A stretch of DNA of 64,000 nucleotides from Candidatus Latescibacterota bacterium (GTDB lineage: Bacteria > Latescibacterota > UBA2968 > UBA8231). Position 1 is the stretch's first letter. Every line of letters begins with the position of its first letter. The notes beneath the pieces were generated by a model that had not been told where the DNA came from, searched no databases, and saw only the letters and a list, made by a program, of their open reading frames with translations. The stretch lies in the NCBI GenBank assembly GCA_965203175.1, contig OZ241867.1:6432001-6496000 (forward strand), read 5' to 3'. Positions 48,201 through 55,612 of the stretch are shown piece after piece. Made by a program: the position numbers and the translations under genes.

Positions 48201-48399
48201 ACGTGCGGCCTCTGAAGAGGATGGCGTTCTGATTGCGCAGTTGATCCGTCAGTATCTTGTCGAGGAGTACGCTGCCCAGTCGATCACCGCGAGCTTCGTT
48301 CGCTTTTTCCGGGCTGAGGTACTCGTAGCCGAGATTCTGCAGAAGCGCCACCGCAGGAAGCTGGGAGATGAGCTTTTCTTGGAAGGAGGGTAGGACCAT
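45208..48399 (-). CDS. hsdR: Type I restriction endonuclease subunit R
   Basis: RPDIVLFVNGIPLVVIECK nuclease motif, HTQGSGKS Walker A, VDESHR, GFTGTP, LLTGFDAP, QAIARVNR. Confidence 0.97.
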   Translation of the reverse strand: MVLPSFQEKLISQLPAVALLQNLGYEYLSPEKANEARGDRLGSVLLDKILTDQLRNQNAILFRGRTYPFSEGNILAAVQALKDIVDDGLLPTNEKAYDLLCMGKSLQQSVEGDTKSFQLNYIDWEHPENNAYHVTEEFVVERSGSEETRRPDIVLFVNGIPLVVIECKRPDMKDPIGQAISQHIRNQQQDQIPRLFFYAQLLLAISKNEAKYATVGTPAKFWSVWKENFSESDEADLKKRVSLPLSEGQIDRILATKEFWGRERESYGSIERQVTPQDEALYSLCRKERLLELIFRFMLFDGGEKKIARHQQYFCVNKILDRVRETQSDGTRQGGVVWHTQGSGKSLTMVMLAEALALERSLTDFKIILVTDRVDLDDQIYKTFHHCGTQPIQAKTGRHLEQLLKDDKARIITTVIDKFELAVSRVGVRNEHPDIFVLVDESHRGQFGELHAKMRQALPNACFIGFTGTPVMKKDKSTIDRFGGLIDAYTLEQAVQDKAVVPLLYEGRHVDQKVDSEALDDWFERITARLSDEQKSDLKKKFSSSDQLNKAEQKVMRIAWDVSEHFRDNWHHTPYKAQLVAQDKASALLYKRFFDEFDMVSSEVLISGPDDREGEEDVHEESKDVVKVFWKKMMAKYGSEKEYNRQIISAFKQAEEPEIIIVVDKLLTGFDAPRNTVLYLTRQLKSHSLLQAIARVNRLFDGKDFGYIIDYRGVLQNLDEAFDLYGQLAEFEEEGIEDLARAITDVSAESHKLRQRYSDLWDLFKTIQNRQDEEEYEQLLADEGLRDRFYERLSAFSRTLGVALSSAGFLDATPEKKIAAYKADLRFFMRLRSSVSRRYAEVVDFKEYEPRIQKLVNQYVGTGEVERITDLVDIFNADAFAKEVDRLSSASSKADTIAFRTRRTIQDLMRKDPAFYRQFSELLEDAIRAFREQRLSDAEYLQEVKQIAERVRNRTGDDIPAALAHRDVAKAFFGVLQEVFSDHANQTANVRDIGATISLAIDDIVQEHRIVHWTRNTDVQNRMKLAIEDYLFELMERENLELSFKEIDRILDSVLDIARVRYA

Positions 48400-48441
48400 C
48401 AGGCACCTCGATTAGGTTCGGCTACTTAGCGGCGAATCCGT
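48397..48441. repeat. Direct repeat B2 (DUF2442 gene end plus hsdR RBS/ATG)
   Basis: Matches 44219-44260. Confidence 0.9.
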
Positions 48442-48741
48442 ATGCAAATCCTCGTTCTTCTGAGGCTCTTTCTCTGGATTCATCCATGCGGGAAGAGGGG
48501 TTCCTGTAGCTTCCGCATACAAGGTCGCCGGTGCTATGTCGATCTCGTTGCCCCAGGTCAGAACGCCAAGCTCCTTGTTGATAGCGAAGCTCTGAAAGAA
48601 CTCGAGATTCCTGAATCGCTCAAAGACACCTCGACGCTCCAAATACTTTGTGAAATCAATGGTTCCGCACTGGCCGTTATCGAATCCTAACTCGATCAGA
48701 TAGCCACCCTGATAGATAGCAGAAACAACGTCGTGTAGCAT
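48412..48741 (-). CDS. DUF2442 domain protein (putative antitoxin)
   Basis: YLIELGFDNG...GVFERF..FFQSF...LTWGNEIDIAPATLY. Confidence 0.8.
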   Translation of the reverse strand: MLHDVVSAIYQGGYLIELGFDNGQCGTIDFTKYLERRGVFERFRNLEFFQSFAINKELGVLTWGNEIDIAPATLYAEATGTPLPAWMNPEKEPQKNEDLHTDSPLSSRT

Positions 48742-48761
48742 ACGGCGCTCCTTATCTCTAC

Positions 48762-48965
48762 CTATCGGCGCAGGGTTTGAGCGGCGAAATCCAAGGCTGC
48801 CAGAACGCCTTCTCTGGTCAAACGGGGATGCGCCTCAAGGATCTGGTCGATTGTCTCACCTGTGGAGAGTTTCTCCAGAATTAACTCAACGGTAATGCGC
48901 GTTCCTGCGACGACGGGTTTACCCATCATAACTGCGGGGTCGGATTGAATGAGTTCAGAATCCAT
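48762..48965 (-). CDS. DUF433 domain protein (putative antitoxin)
   Basis: DPAVMMGKPVVAGTRITVELIL..L..GETIDQIL..HPRLT..VLAALDFAA. Confidence 0.9.
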   Translation of the reverse strand: MDSELIQSDPAVMMGKPVVAGTRITVELILEKLSTGETIDQILEAHPRLTREGVLAALDFAAQTLRR

Positions 48966-48996
48966 TTTATAGGACGCGAAAGAGATTTCCTTACAA

Positions 48997-49665
48997 CTAA
49001 AGAGGTATGCGAACCATGAAATTTGAGAGACCTTGGAGCATCTGTGAGACATGCTCCTTTGTGTACTCTGGATATTTCCCATGGGCGGCTTTATTCCGAA
49101 GATCCAGCCATGTTGTCACCTGCTTCTGGTCAAGCTGGTTGTAAACCTTTTTTTTAACGAGTTCTGTATTGAGTGCATCTGCTTTCTTGGGTTGCGGGCG
49201 ATCCTTTTTGGTCGCTTCCGCTGGGATGCCGTGTTTCTGGCAAAGCTGCCGCAAATGCTCTTCCAGAACGCTGCCGGCCATAACCGCAGCGGGGTCCTTA
49301 TATCCTTCTTCAAGCAAATGCTGCGCCATTTCTATGAAATCAGAGAATATCTCAGCAGAAATCAGTCCCTTGGTTGTAGTAAGCCAACCACCTGACAATT
49401 CCTCCCGCGCAGCAGATAGGATACCTCGTCCTACTTGGGCGCAGCTTGGATCCGAATGATTGGCCCGTGAATTGAATTCATCATAGTAAGTGTGATCCTT
49501 GCCGAAAGTCATGGAAAGGAACGAAAGAGAGGCCGACCGAAAAGCGTGAAACAACTCTTCATCGACATAGGTGACGTATTCCTCCATCGCTTCGGTCTGA
49601 ATAACCTCGTCGGCACTTTTGATGAGTTGATCTATTCGTTGAATTAGATCCTCAAGATTCATCAC
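48997..49665 (-). CDS. HEPN-domain protein (DUF4145-like)
   Basis: PAAVMAGSVLEEHLR...LRNKAAHG (RxxxxH). Confidence 0.75.
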   Translation of the reverse strand: MMNLEDLIQRIDQLIKSADEVIQTEAMEEYVTYVDEELFHAFRSASLSFLSMTFGKDHTYYDEFNSRANHSDPSCAQVGRGILSAAREELSGGWLTTTKGLISAEIFSDFIEMAQHLLEEGYKDPAAVMAGSVLEEHLRQLCQKHGIPAEATKKDRPQPKKADALNTELVKKKVYNQLDQKQVTTWLDLRNKAAHGKYPEYTKEHVSQMLQGLSNFMVRIPL

Positions 49666-50908
49666 GATCCTCCCCTCTTGCTAATCTGACTTCACTTGTG
49701 CTATCGGTAAAGAGCCTTTGCATCAACCCCCTCTTGATCTCCCGAAGAGCGGTAAGTTTCGTTTGGAGCAACTTGACGCGGCGATCGGCCATCGAAAGGA
49801 CATTTGCGATACGCTCCTGCTCTGGTAAACTAGGCACTCGTAGCCGGTAGTTTTGTATGAAACCGGCCGGAATGCGACGCTGCCCTGCTGAGCCTGTCAT
49901 GTTCGCTACTCCGCGAGCCCTAAATCCCTCGGACATCGACACATAAAATAAAAATCTGGCACTACAGGATGCTTTGGCCCGAAGAACATGCAACTCGGTG
50001 GTACCGAAGCCGTATCCGTTAGCCAGGTCTTGGGCCAAAGCTCCCTTCTGATTCTCAAAGCACGGCGTTATCTTGGATACAAGAACATCGCCATCCTGAA
50101 ACGCAGTGAAACCTGAAGCCACGTCACCATAAGGACGAACTGGAGGAGAAATTAACCCACCTCCTTCGCTGATGTTCGCCATAGGCACGAACGAAACATG
50201 GGTATCCAAAGATGGTGGTTTCGCCGTTCTAGGATTTACTTCCGCCAAGTCACTTATACTTCGCTCGCACCATTGTGACTCGAAATCAGATAACCTGATC
50301 TTGCCCGAGAGCAATAACTCAGCGAGTCCCTCCTTGAGCCTTCGTTTCGCATCTATGAGGTCTTCAGTTCGCGCAATTGCTCGGTCGGCTGCTGCGAGCG
50401 TATCTACGACCATGCGTTGATGCGCTAGAGGCGGAACGGAAATCTTGAGTTGATTGAACTCCGCTTGCCCCAAGGTCTTGTTCCGCCCTGCACCGCCTGG
50501 AGACGCGATTCCAAGATCGTATTTACCCCGAGACGACGAGAAGTACCGCCAAGCGTACTCGGGCAATAGCTTGCCGTTGCGCGATGTATACATGGGAAAA
50601 CGATGAGATGCAATCATGCCAGCTTCGTTCTCGCTGGTCATTGCAACCGCCTGCTCCCATGCGAATATGATGTTGAAGATCAGGCAACCCGGCTCAACCC
50701 AGAAGACCCGCTTGTTGCCGATTTCCTCACCAGTGGTTGGAGTCTTATGAAAAATCCCCTTGCAGTGGCTTCGGATCCCAATCTCTTGATAGGTCTGGCC
50801 AAGCAGGACACCCACGGGCTGGCGAACTCGTCTCAGAAGCTCGCCGATTGGTCGTACAGACCATTCAGTATTTGGTTTCGTATACGTCATTTCCATAATC
50901 ACTGCCAT
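49652..50908 (-). CDS. hsdS: Type I restriction-modification specificity subunit
   Basis: Two TRDs with PPLAHQ..V / PSLPEQERIA conserved helices and KRGLMQRLFT. Confidence 0.93.
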   Translation of the reverse strand: MAVIMEMTYTKPNTEWSVRPIGELLRRVRQPVGVLLGQTYQEIGIRSHCKGIFHKTPTTGEEIGNKRVFWVEPGCLIFNIIFAWEQAVAMTSENEAGMIASHRFPMYTSRNGKLLPEYAWRYFSSSRGKYDLGIASPGGAGRNKTLGQAEFNQLKISVPPLAHQRMVVDTLAAADRAIARTEDLIDAKRRLKEGLAELLLSGKIRLSDFESQWCERSISDLAEVNPRTAKPPSLDTHVSFVPMANISEGGGLISPPVRPYGDVASGFTAFQDGDVLVSKITPCFENQKGALAQDLANGYGFGTTELHVLRAKASCSARFLFYVSMSEGFRARGVANMTGSAGQRRIPAGFIQNYRLRVPSLPEQERIANVLSMADRRVKLLQTKLTALREIKRGLMQRLFTDSTSEVRLARGEDRDES

Positions 50909-50927
50909 AGTAGAATAGCGGCACTCC

Positions 50928-51776
50928 CTATTCGCTCTCCGGCTTCGGCAAGTACTGCTTCCATTTGTCCATCACATAGTCCCGAAATCCCTCTACCGGC
51001 CTACTTCCGCATATCGGTGCGAGTTCCTGCCCGACCTTTGTAAGAAGAACCATTCCTATCTCAAGCGCGTTATCAGTCTCACCAGGCATCTCTAACGTAA
51101 GCCGCTTACCGTAGTAAAGTACGACGAATTTCTTGGGAAAGTTGCGCCGTTCGAGTCCAGTAATACTATTGAATTGAACAAGACCGATACTTTCAAGGTG
51201 ACTCAGGCTATTAAAGTTGATCCCGTTTTTGTTGTATATTTCCGCCTTAACGTCGAACACCAACGGCACAACATTTCCAATCATCCAGCCGAATCCGCAA
51301 AGCTTGGCAAACAACTCCGCGTCAGCCTTATCGAGGTCTGATAGAAAATTGACGGTCCTCTTCGAGTAGGTGCCAGGGGTATTGGCCTCTCCAGCTAGAA
51401 CACGCGACCATAGCTCCTGCATCTCATTGTCCGATACGATTCGGGATTTATCGAAGAAGTTGACGAGCCAGTCGTTTTCCACGGAATCGGGGGTAGCCTT
51501 TTCATCTAACTGAGGCAGTGCTTTGGCAGTGATGTCTTCCATGTTCTTCTGACGTTGCGCTTCCTCCTCAATCCACCGATGTACGGCTCGTCGATGCAGG
51601 TCGGTGATCTCAGTTTCAGATTGCGCCTTTATCATTGCAGCCTCGGCTTCCGCTTTGGCCATTCTCTTGACTTGGTACGGCGCAAAGAATCCGCCGACTG
51701 CGTCCGATACCTTCTTGATCAGAGTATCAGCCGGTTTCGACAGATTGCCCAAGTTTATGAGAGAATTCGTACCCAT
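50928..51776 (-). CDS. DUF2806 domain protein
   Basis: EEAQRQKNMEDI..DWLVNFFDKSRIVSDNEMQELWSRVLAGE..PGTYSKRT. Confidence 0.8.
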   Translation of the reverse strand: MGTNSLINLGNLSKPADTLIKKVSDAVGGFFAPYQVKRMAKAEAEAAMIKAQSETEITDLHRRAVHRWIEEEAQRQKNMEDITAKALPQLDEKATPDSVENDWLVNFFDKSRIVSDNEMQELWSRVLAGEANTPGTYSKRTVNFLSDLDKADAELFAKLCGFGWMIGNVVPLVFDVKAEIYNKNGINFNSLSHLESIGLVQFNSITGLERRNFPKKFVVLYYGKRLTLEMPGETDNALEIGMVLLTKVGQELAPICGSRPVEGFRDYVMDKWKQYLPKPESE

Positions 51777-51789
51777 ATTGTCATCGCTC

Positions 51790-53307
51790 CTATTCCGGCC
51801 CCTGTGACCGACTGTCGATTTCATTCATCATGCAACGACATATTGACTCGACCGTGTGGTCCACTTCAGCATCTCGACCGTCGAGTTCCGAATAAGAGAC
51901 GTGATAGCCTATGGCCGTCATAGGGATTCCGTCGATCGCTGCCTCAAACGAGAATCTTTCGCCACCGAGTTTCCAGACAACTGACAGCTTTAAGTCAAAA
52001 CCCCGGTTCCCTGTCCCTATGTATCTGTGGAAGTTGTACTTCGCTCCTAGCTCGACTTGTTGCTCGTCGCTGAGTTCAAAACCCGACTTCACTAAGTATT
52101 TTTCCTTTGTCCTTCCCCATTGATCGGTTCCGAATACGTCACCGGATACGCCTCCACTACTACCAAGTCGTGCGTACTTGTTCGGCGAGTAACGATCAAA
52201 CAGCTCGGAGCCTTGCCGTTCGCATAGCCCATCCAGCTTCTCAAGCATTGGACTAACATGCCGAAAGAATACCTGATCCAGCACTTCAACGTCAGTTTTA
52301 TTCGGTTCCGGTCCCCTCCTGCTTCGCACGAAGAGTTCCATTTCTTTATCCATATCATCGGATTCGCGAATCGATTCCCCCTTCGCAGCCCGAATCGCCA
52401 ATTCAATCGACCATGAGACGTTCTCCAACATGAACTCGGCAAGTGGCAACATGCGCCCTACATCGGCGTTCTGGAGCCCTCCGATATAACGGTCTCGGTC
52501 TTCGCTCTTGATCACGATAGGCAGCAGGTTGTTCCTCAGCAAAGCGTAGTTGGTGAGTAGCCGTGCGGTGCGCCCATTCCCGTCGTCGAATGGATGGATA
52601 TGGATAAAACTCCAGTGCGATTCAGCTAGGAACAACGGCAGAGGATAGGCGCTCCGCTCTAGGTCACGCCGAAAATCACGGGTCCATCCCTCCATTAATG
52701 GGGGCGTTTCCTCGGGTTCGGCAAACCGATGAAGTTCTCCTGTCGCCGTCCGCACGTGATTTGGCAGTGTCTTGTATTGGCCCGGAACAATGCGCTTCTG
52801 CGTCGGCTGGCCATCCGGCGTCTCTGCGTAGCTCCAGAATGGCTCCTTGAGGAGAATTTTGTTTAGCTGTCTTATATCGCTCTCCCCAATAATCTGTTCC
52901 TCGCCTGCGAGAGATCGCGTATAGTCGATCGCAACATCGTGCGCCTTCATCTCCTCGTAGTCCCGCATCGGATGCCCGCCAGCCGTGCGGCCGTGGATGA
53001 GCAGCAGTTCGGTCTCGTGGTAGGTCAGCGTATTACCCTCGATATGGTTGCTGTTGTAATTCCATTCGAGTCTGAGTTTCCTCCAGAGTCGTTCGTCGTC
53101 AGCGCTCTTCATGCCTTCGCGCCGCTCGTGCCATTCCGCAATCGCCGCCTCCAAATCCGCCAAGCGTTCAAAGAGGCGAACGTGATCATCGGTGAGGTTT
53201 GGGATGTCGATACCTAGCGAGTGGGATTCAGCGATCCAGCGGGCCATTCGCTCTTTGACTCCGGCGTCGGCTTCGAGCGCAGAAAGCGCATTCAGTATGT
53301 CCTTCAT
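51790..53307 (-). CDS. Fic family protein (class II, autoinhibited AMPylase)
   Basis: HPFDDGNGRTAR catalytic motif; SNHIEGN inhibitory motif; ATGA-coupled to hsdM. Confidence 0.93.
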   Translation of the reverse strand: MKDILNALSALEADAGVKERMARWIAESHSLGIDIPNLTDDHVRLFERLADLEAAIAEWHERREGMKSADDERLWRKLRLEWNYNSNHIEGNTLTYHETELLLIHGRTAGGHPMRDYEEMKAHDVAIDYTRSLAGEEQIIGESDIRQLNKILLKEPFWSYAETPDGQPTQKRIVPGQYKTLPNHVRTATGELHRFAEPEETPPLMEGWTRDFRRDLERSAYPLPLFLAESHWSFIHIHPFDDGNGRTARLLTNYALLRNNLLPIVIKSEDRDRYIGGLQNADVGRMLPLAEFMLENVSWSIELAIRAAKGESIRESDDMDKEMELFVRSRRGPEPNKTDVEVLDQVFFRHVSPMLEKLDGLCERQGSELFDRYSPNKYARLGSSGGVSGDVFGTDQWGRTKEKYLVKSGFELSDEQQVELGAKYNFHRYIGTGNRGFDLKLSVVWKLGGERFSFEAAIDGIPMTAIGYHVSYSELDGRDAEVDHTVESICRCMMNEIDSRSQGPE

Positions 53308-54866
53308 AGCTCCAACTCCTTCAGATACCCTTCCAACTCGGCCTCGGCTTCAGCAAGCTCGGTCTCAAGGTCCGCGATTTCCTGTCGCACAGCCGCGATA
53401 TCTACCTCCGGCTCAGGCTCGTAAGTATCCACATAGCGGGGGATGTTGAGGTTGAAATCGTTCTCCACGATCTCGTCGAACGTAGCCGTATAGGAGTACT
53501 TATCCACCGCCCGGAAGGCACCGAACACCTCGACGATCTTGTCGATGTCTTGGGCACGGAGCCGATTCTGATTCTTGTCGTCCTGGAATTCCCGACTGGC
53601 GTCGATGAAGAGCACGTGCCTCTCGCGGTCGGTGCCAGCTTCGCTCCACGGCTTCCTCGCCTTATTGAAGATCACAATGGCCGCCGGGATACCAGTGCCG
53701 AAGAAGAGATTGACAGGCAACCCAACGACCGATTCAAGCATGTTATCCTCTATGAGCTTCTGCCGAATCTTGCCCTCGGCACCCCCACGGAACAGCACCC
53801 CGTGAGGAACAATGACGCCAACGCGCCCCTCATCTTCGAGAGCCGTCTCAATCATGTGGCTGATAAAGGCATAATCCCCCTTGCTCTTGGGGGGAATGCC
53901 GCGCCAAAAGCGATTGTAGGGATCATTCTCGGCGTGATCCTGCCCCCACTTATCGAGACTGAAAGGCGGATTGGCGACGACGACATTGAACTTCATCAGC
54001 CGGTCGCCCTCGACTAGGCGGGTGCTGGTGATCGTATTGCACCACTCGATACGAGCGTTGTCCATCTCGTGCAGAAACATATTCATCCGGCACAGCGCCC
54101 AAGTGCTGCCATTCGATTCTTGGCCGTAAAGCGCGAAGTCGTCCGAACCTACGTTTTTGGCAACACGAATCAGCAGCGAGCCCGATCCACAGGCAGGGTC
54201 GCAGATCGTATCGCCATGCTGGGCGTTCAACAGCTTCGCCAAGAGCATTGCAACCTCTCTGGGCGTATAGAACTCCCCTCCCTTCTTGCCCGCATCCGCA
54301 GCAAACCGACCAATCAGATACTCATAGGCGTTGCCAATGATGTCCTCGTCCCCGATGCGGCTCGGGCGGAGGTCAAGCTGCGACTTGGCGAAGTCCTCAA
54401 GAAGGTGGCTGAGTCGGCGATTGCGATCCCTAGTCTGGCCAAGGTTCGGCTCGGAGTTGAAGTCTATATTGCGGAAGACGTTTTCTAGTTTAGCCTTATT
54501 GGCATCCTCAATCTTTTCCAAGGTGATGTTGATCAACTCGCCGATATTAGAGCGCGTGCGCCGCTCGTAGAGGCTGTCGAAGCTGGCCGGAAAGGATTCC
54601 TCAACATTGCCGTCCTGGTCCTTTAACTCGACCTCGGGCATGACGAAGCGCTCCCGGCTGAGCGCTCGCTCGACGCGCCGTTCGTCTCCCTGGTAGCGCT
54701 TGCGGTACTGTTCTTGCCTGTCTTTCCAGAGATCAGACAAGTACTTGATGAAGAGCATCACCAAGATATAGTCCTTGTACTGGGTGGGATCGAGCGTCCC
54801 ACGAAACGTGTCACACGCCTGCCAGACGATTTCGTTGATCTCCTGCTGGGCGATGCCTGTCGTCAT
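53304..54866 (-). CDS. hsdM: Type I restriction-modification N6-adenine methyltransferase subunit
   Basis: GGEFYTP, DPACGSG, VANPPF, PHGVLFRG, NLNIPRYVD. Confidence 0.97.
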   Translation of the reverse strand: MTTGIAQQEINEIVWQACDTFRGTLDPTQYKDYILVMLFIKYLSDLWKDRQEQYRKRYQGDERRVERALSRERFVMPEVELKDQDGNVEESFPASFDSLYERRTRSNIGELINITLEKIEDANKAKLENVFRNIDFNSEPNLGQTRDRNRRLSHLLEDFAKSQLDLRPSRIGDEDIIGNAYEYLIGRFAADAGKKGGEFYTPREVAMLLAKLLNAQHGDTICDPACGSGSLLIRVAKNVGSDDFALYGQESNGSTWALCRMNMFLHEMDNARIEWCNTITSTRLVEGDRLMKFNVVVANPPFSLDKWGQDHAENDPYNRFWRGIPPKSKGDYAFISHMIETALEDEGRVGVIVPHGVLFRGGAEGKIRQKLIEDNMLESVVGLPVNLFFGTGIPAAIVIFNKARKPWSEAGTDRERHVLFIDASREFQDDKNQNRLRAQDIDKIVEVFGAFRAVDKYSYTATFDEIVENDFNLNIPRYVDTYEPEPEVDIAAVRQEIADLETELAEAEAELEGYLKELEL

Positions 54867-54871
54867 ACTCC

Positions 54872-55486
54872 CTACTCCTTATTCTTCGCCTGCTGGACTG
54901 CATGTTGGCATATCAGTTGGATATACTGCTCGCGCTGTTCATCAAGCTGCCGCCGAATGGACTTTATCTTATGCCAGAGCTCCAAAGTTTGATCAATATC
55001 ATGCTGCACAGCGAGCGTTGGAACCTGGACGCTCAGTTTTTCGAGGGCCTGACGGCTGATGTAGCTAATGCCCGTACCACGCGACTCCGTATCGATCTGA
55101 GCCTGAACTGAGGGCAGGTTTAGCCACCACGCGAGGTAGCCGGGCAGAATGTAGCTGGGGTCTGGGCGCAGTATATAAAAAGTGGCAGAGACGAGAGTGT
55201 TCGGAAGATCTGTGTCGATACAGTACGCTCGATGCTCTTGGCCTCTGGCTACGACGAGCACATCTCCATGTAAGACCTGATAAAGCTCAGGATTTCGCTC
55301 AGGGTGGAACCAGACGGAGTTCTCTAGGCTCACACCGCCATCTGCGGAGAAATCCCTAGCTTGGAGCAAGCGGTGAGTCCCATCGGGAACGGAGTGAACG
55401 CGACCGCGGCTCAGATAGCCAGGCTGAATGTGGACGAGTTCCGACAACTGAATCCACGGAGAATTTGATTGAGCAGTAGATTTCAT
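54872..55486 (-). CDS. Single-TRD HsdS-like protein upstream of hsdM
   Basis: GDVLVVARG, ILPGYLAWWLN, VPTLAVQ..I; start MKSTAQ placed just after the promoter. Confidence 0.75.
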   Translation of the reverse strand: MKSTAQSNSPWIQLSELVHIQPGYLSRGRVHSVPDGTHRLLQARDFSADGGVSLENSVWFHPERNPELYQVLHGDVLVVARGQEHRAYCIDTDLPNTLVSATFYILRPDPSYILPGYLAWWLNLPSVQAQIDTESRGTGISYISRQALEKLSVQVPTLAVQHDIDQTLELWHKIKSIRRQLDEQREQYIQLICQHAVQQAKNKE

Positions 55487-55495
55487 ACTGCTTAA

Positions 55496-55522
55496 ATTAT
55501 ACTCTTGCCGGTAATCTGTCAA
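55496..55522 (-). promoter_or_regulatory. Consensus sigma-70 promoter of the R-M operon
   Basis: TTGACA (55522-55517) - 15 bp - TATAAT (55501-55496); ATG 9 nt downstream, no clear RBS. Confidence 0.65.
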
Positions 55523-55612
55523 CAGTAGGACTAATACTGACCTCTATCGCACCATGATGCGCTCCAATGACGTACCTAATGCTTCAGAGTGCCGATCCGT
55601 CGAGGGAAGGGG

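Noticed and set aside
48420-48460. Possible integron attC half-site after the DUF2442 gene (AAC...TGCATACGGA on the minus strand)
   Set aside because: No matching GTTRRRY right end or complementary arm, and no integrase in the window.
50920-54880. GA(A/G)TAGG(G)AG at three gene junctions in the R-M operon
   Set aside because: Readily explained by Glu-stop followed by an SD sequence; too short to call a recombination site.
44484-55612. R-M island as an integrative element with att sites
   Set aside because: No repeat was found pairing the right boundary with the left, and no integrase or tRNA is present.
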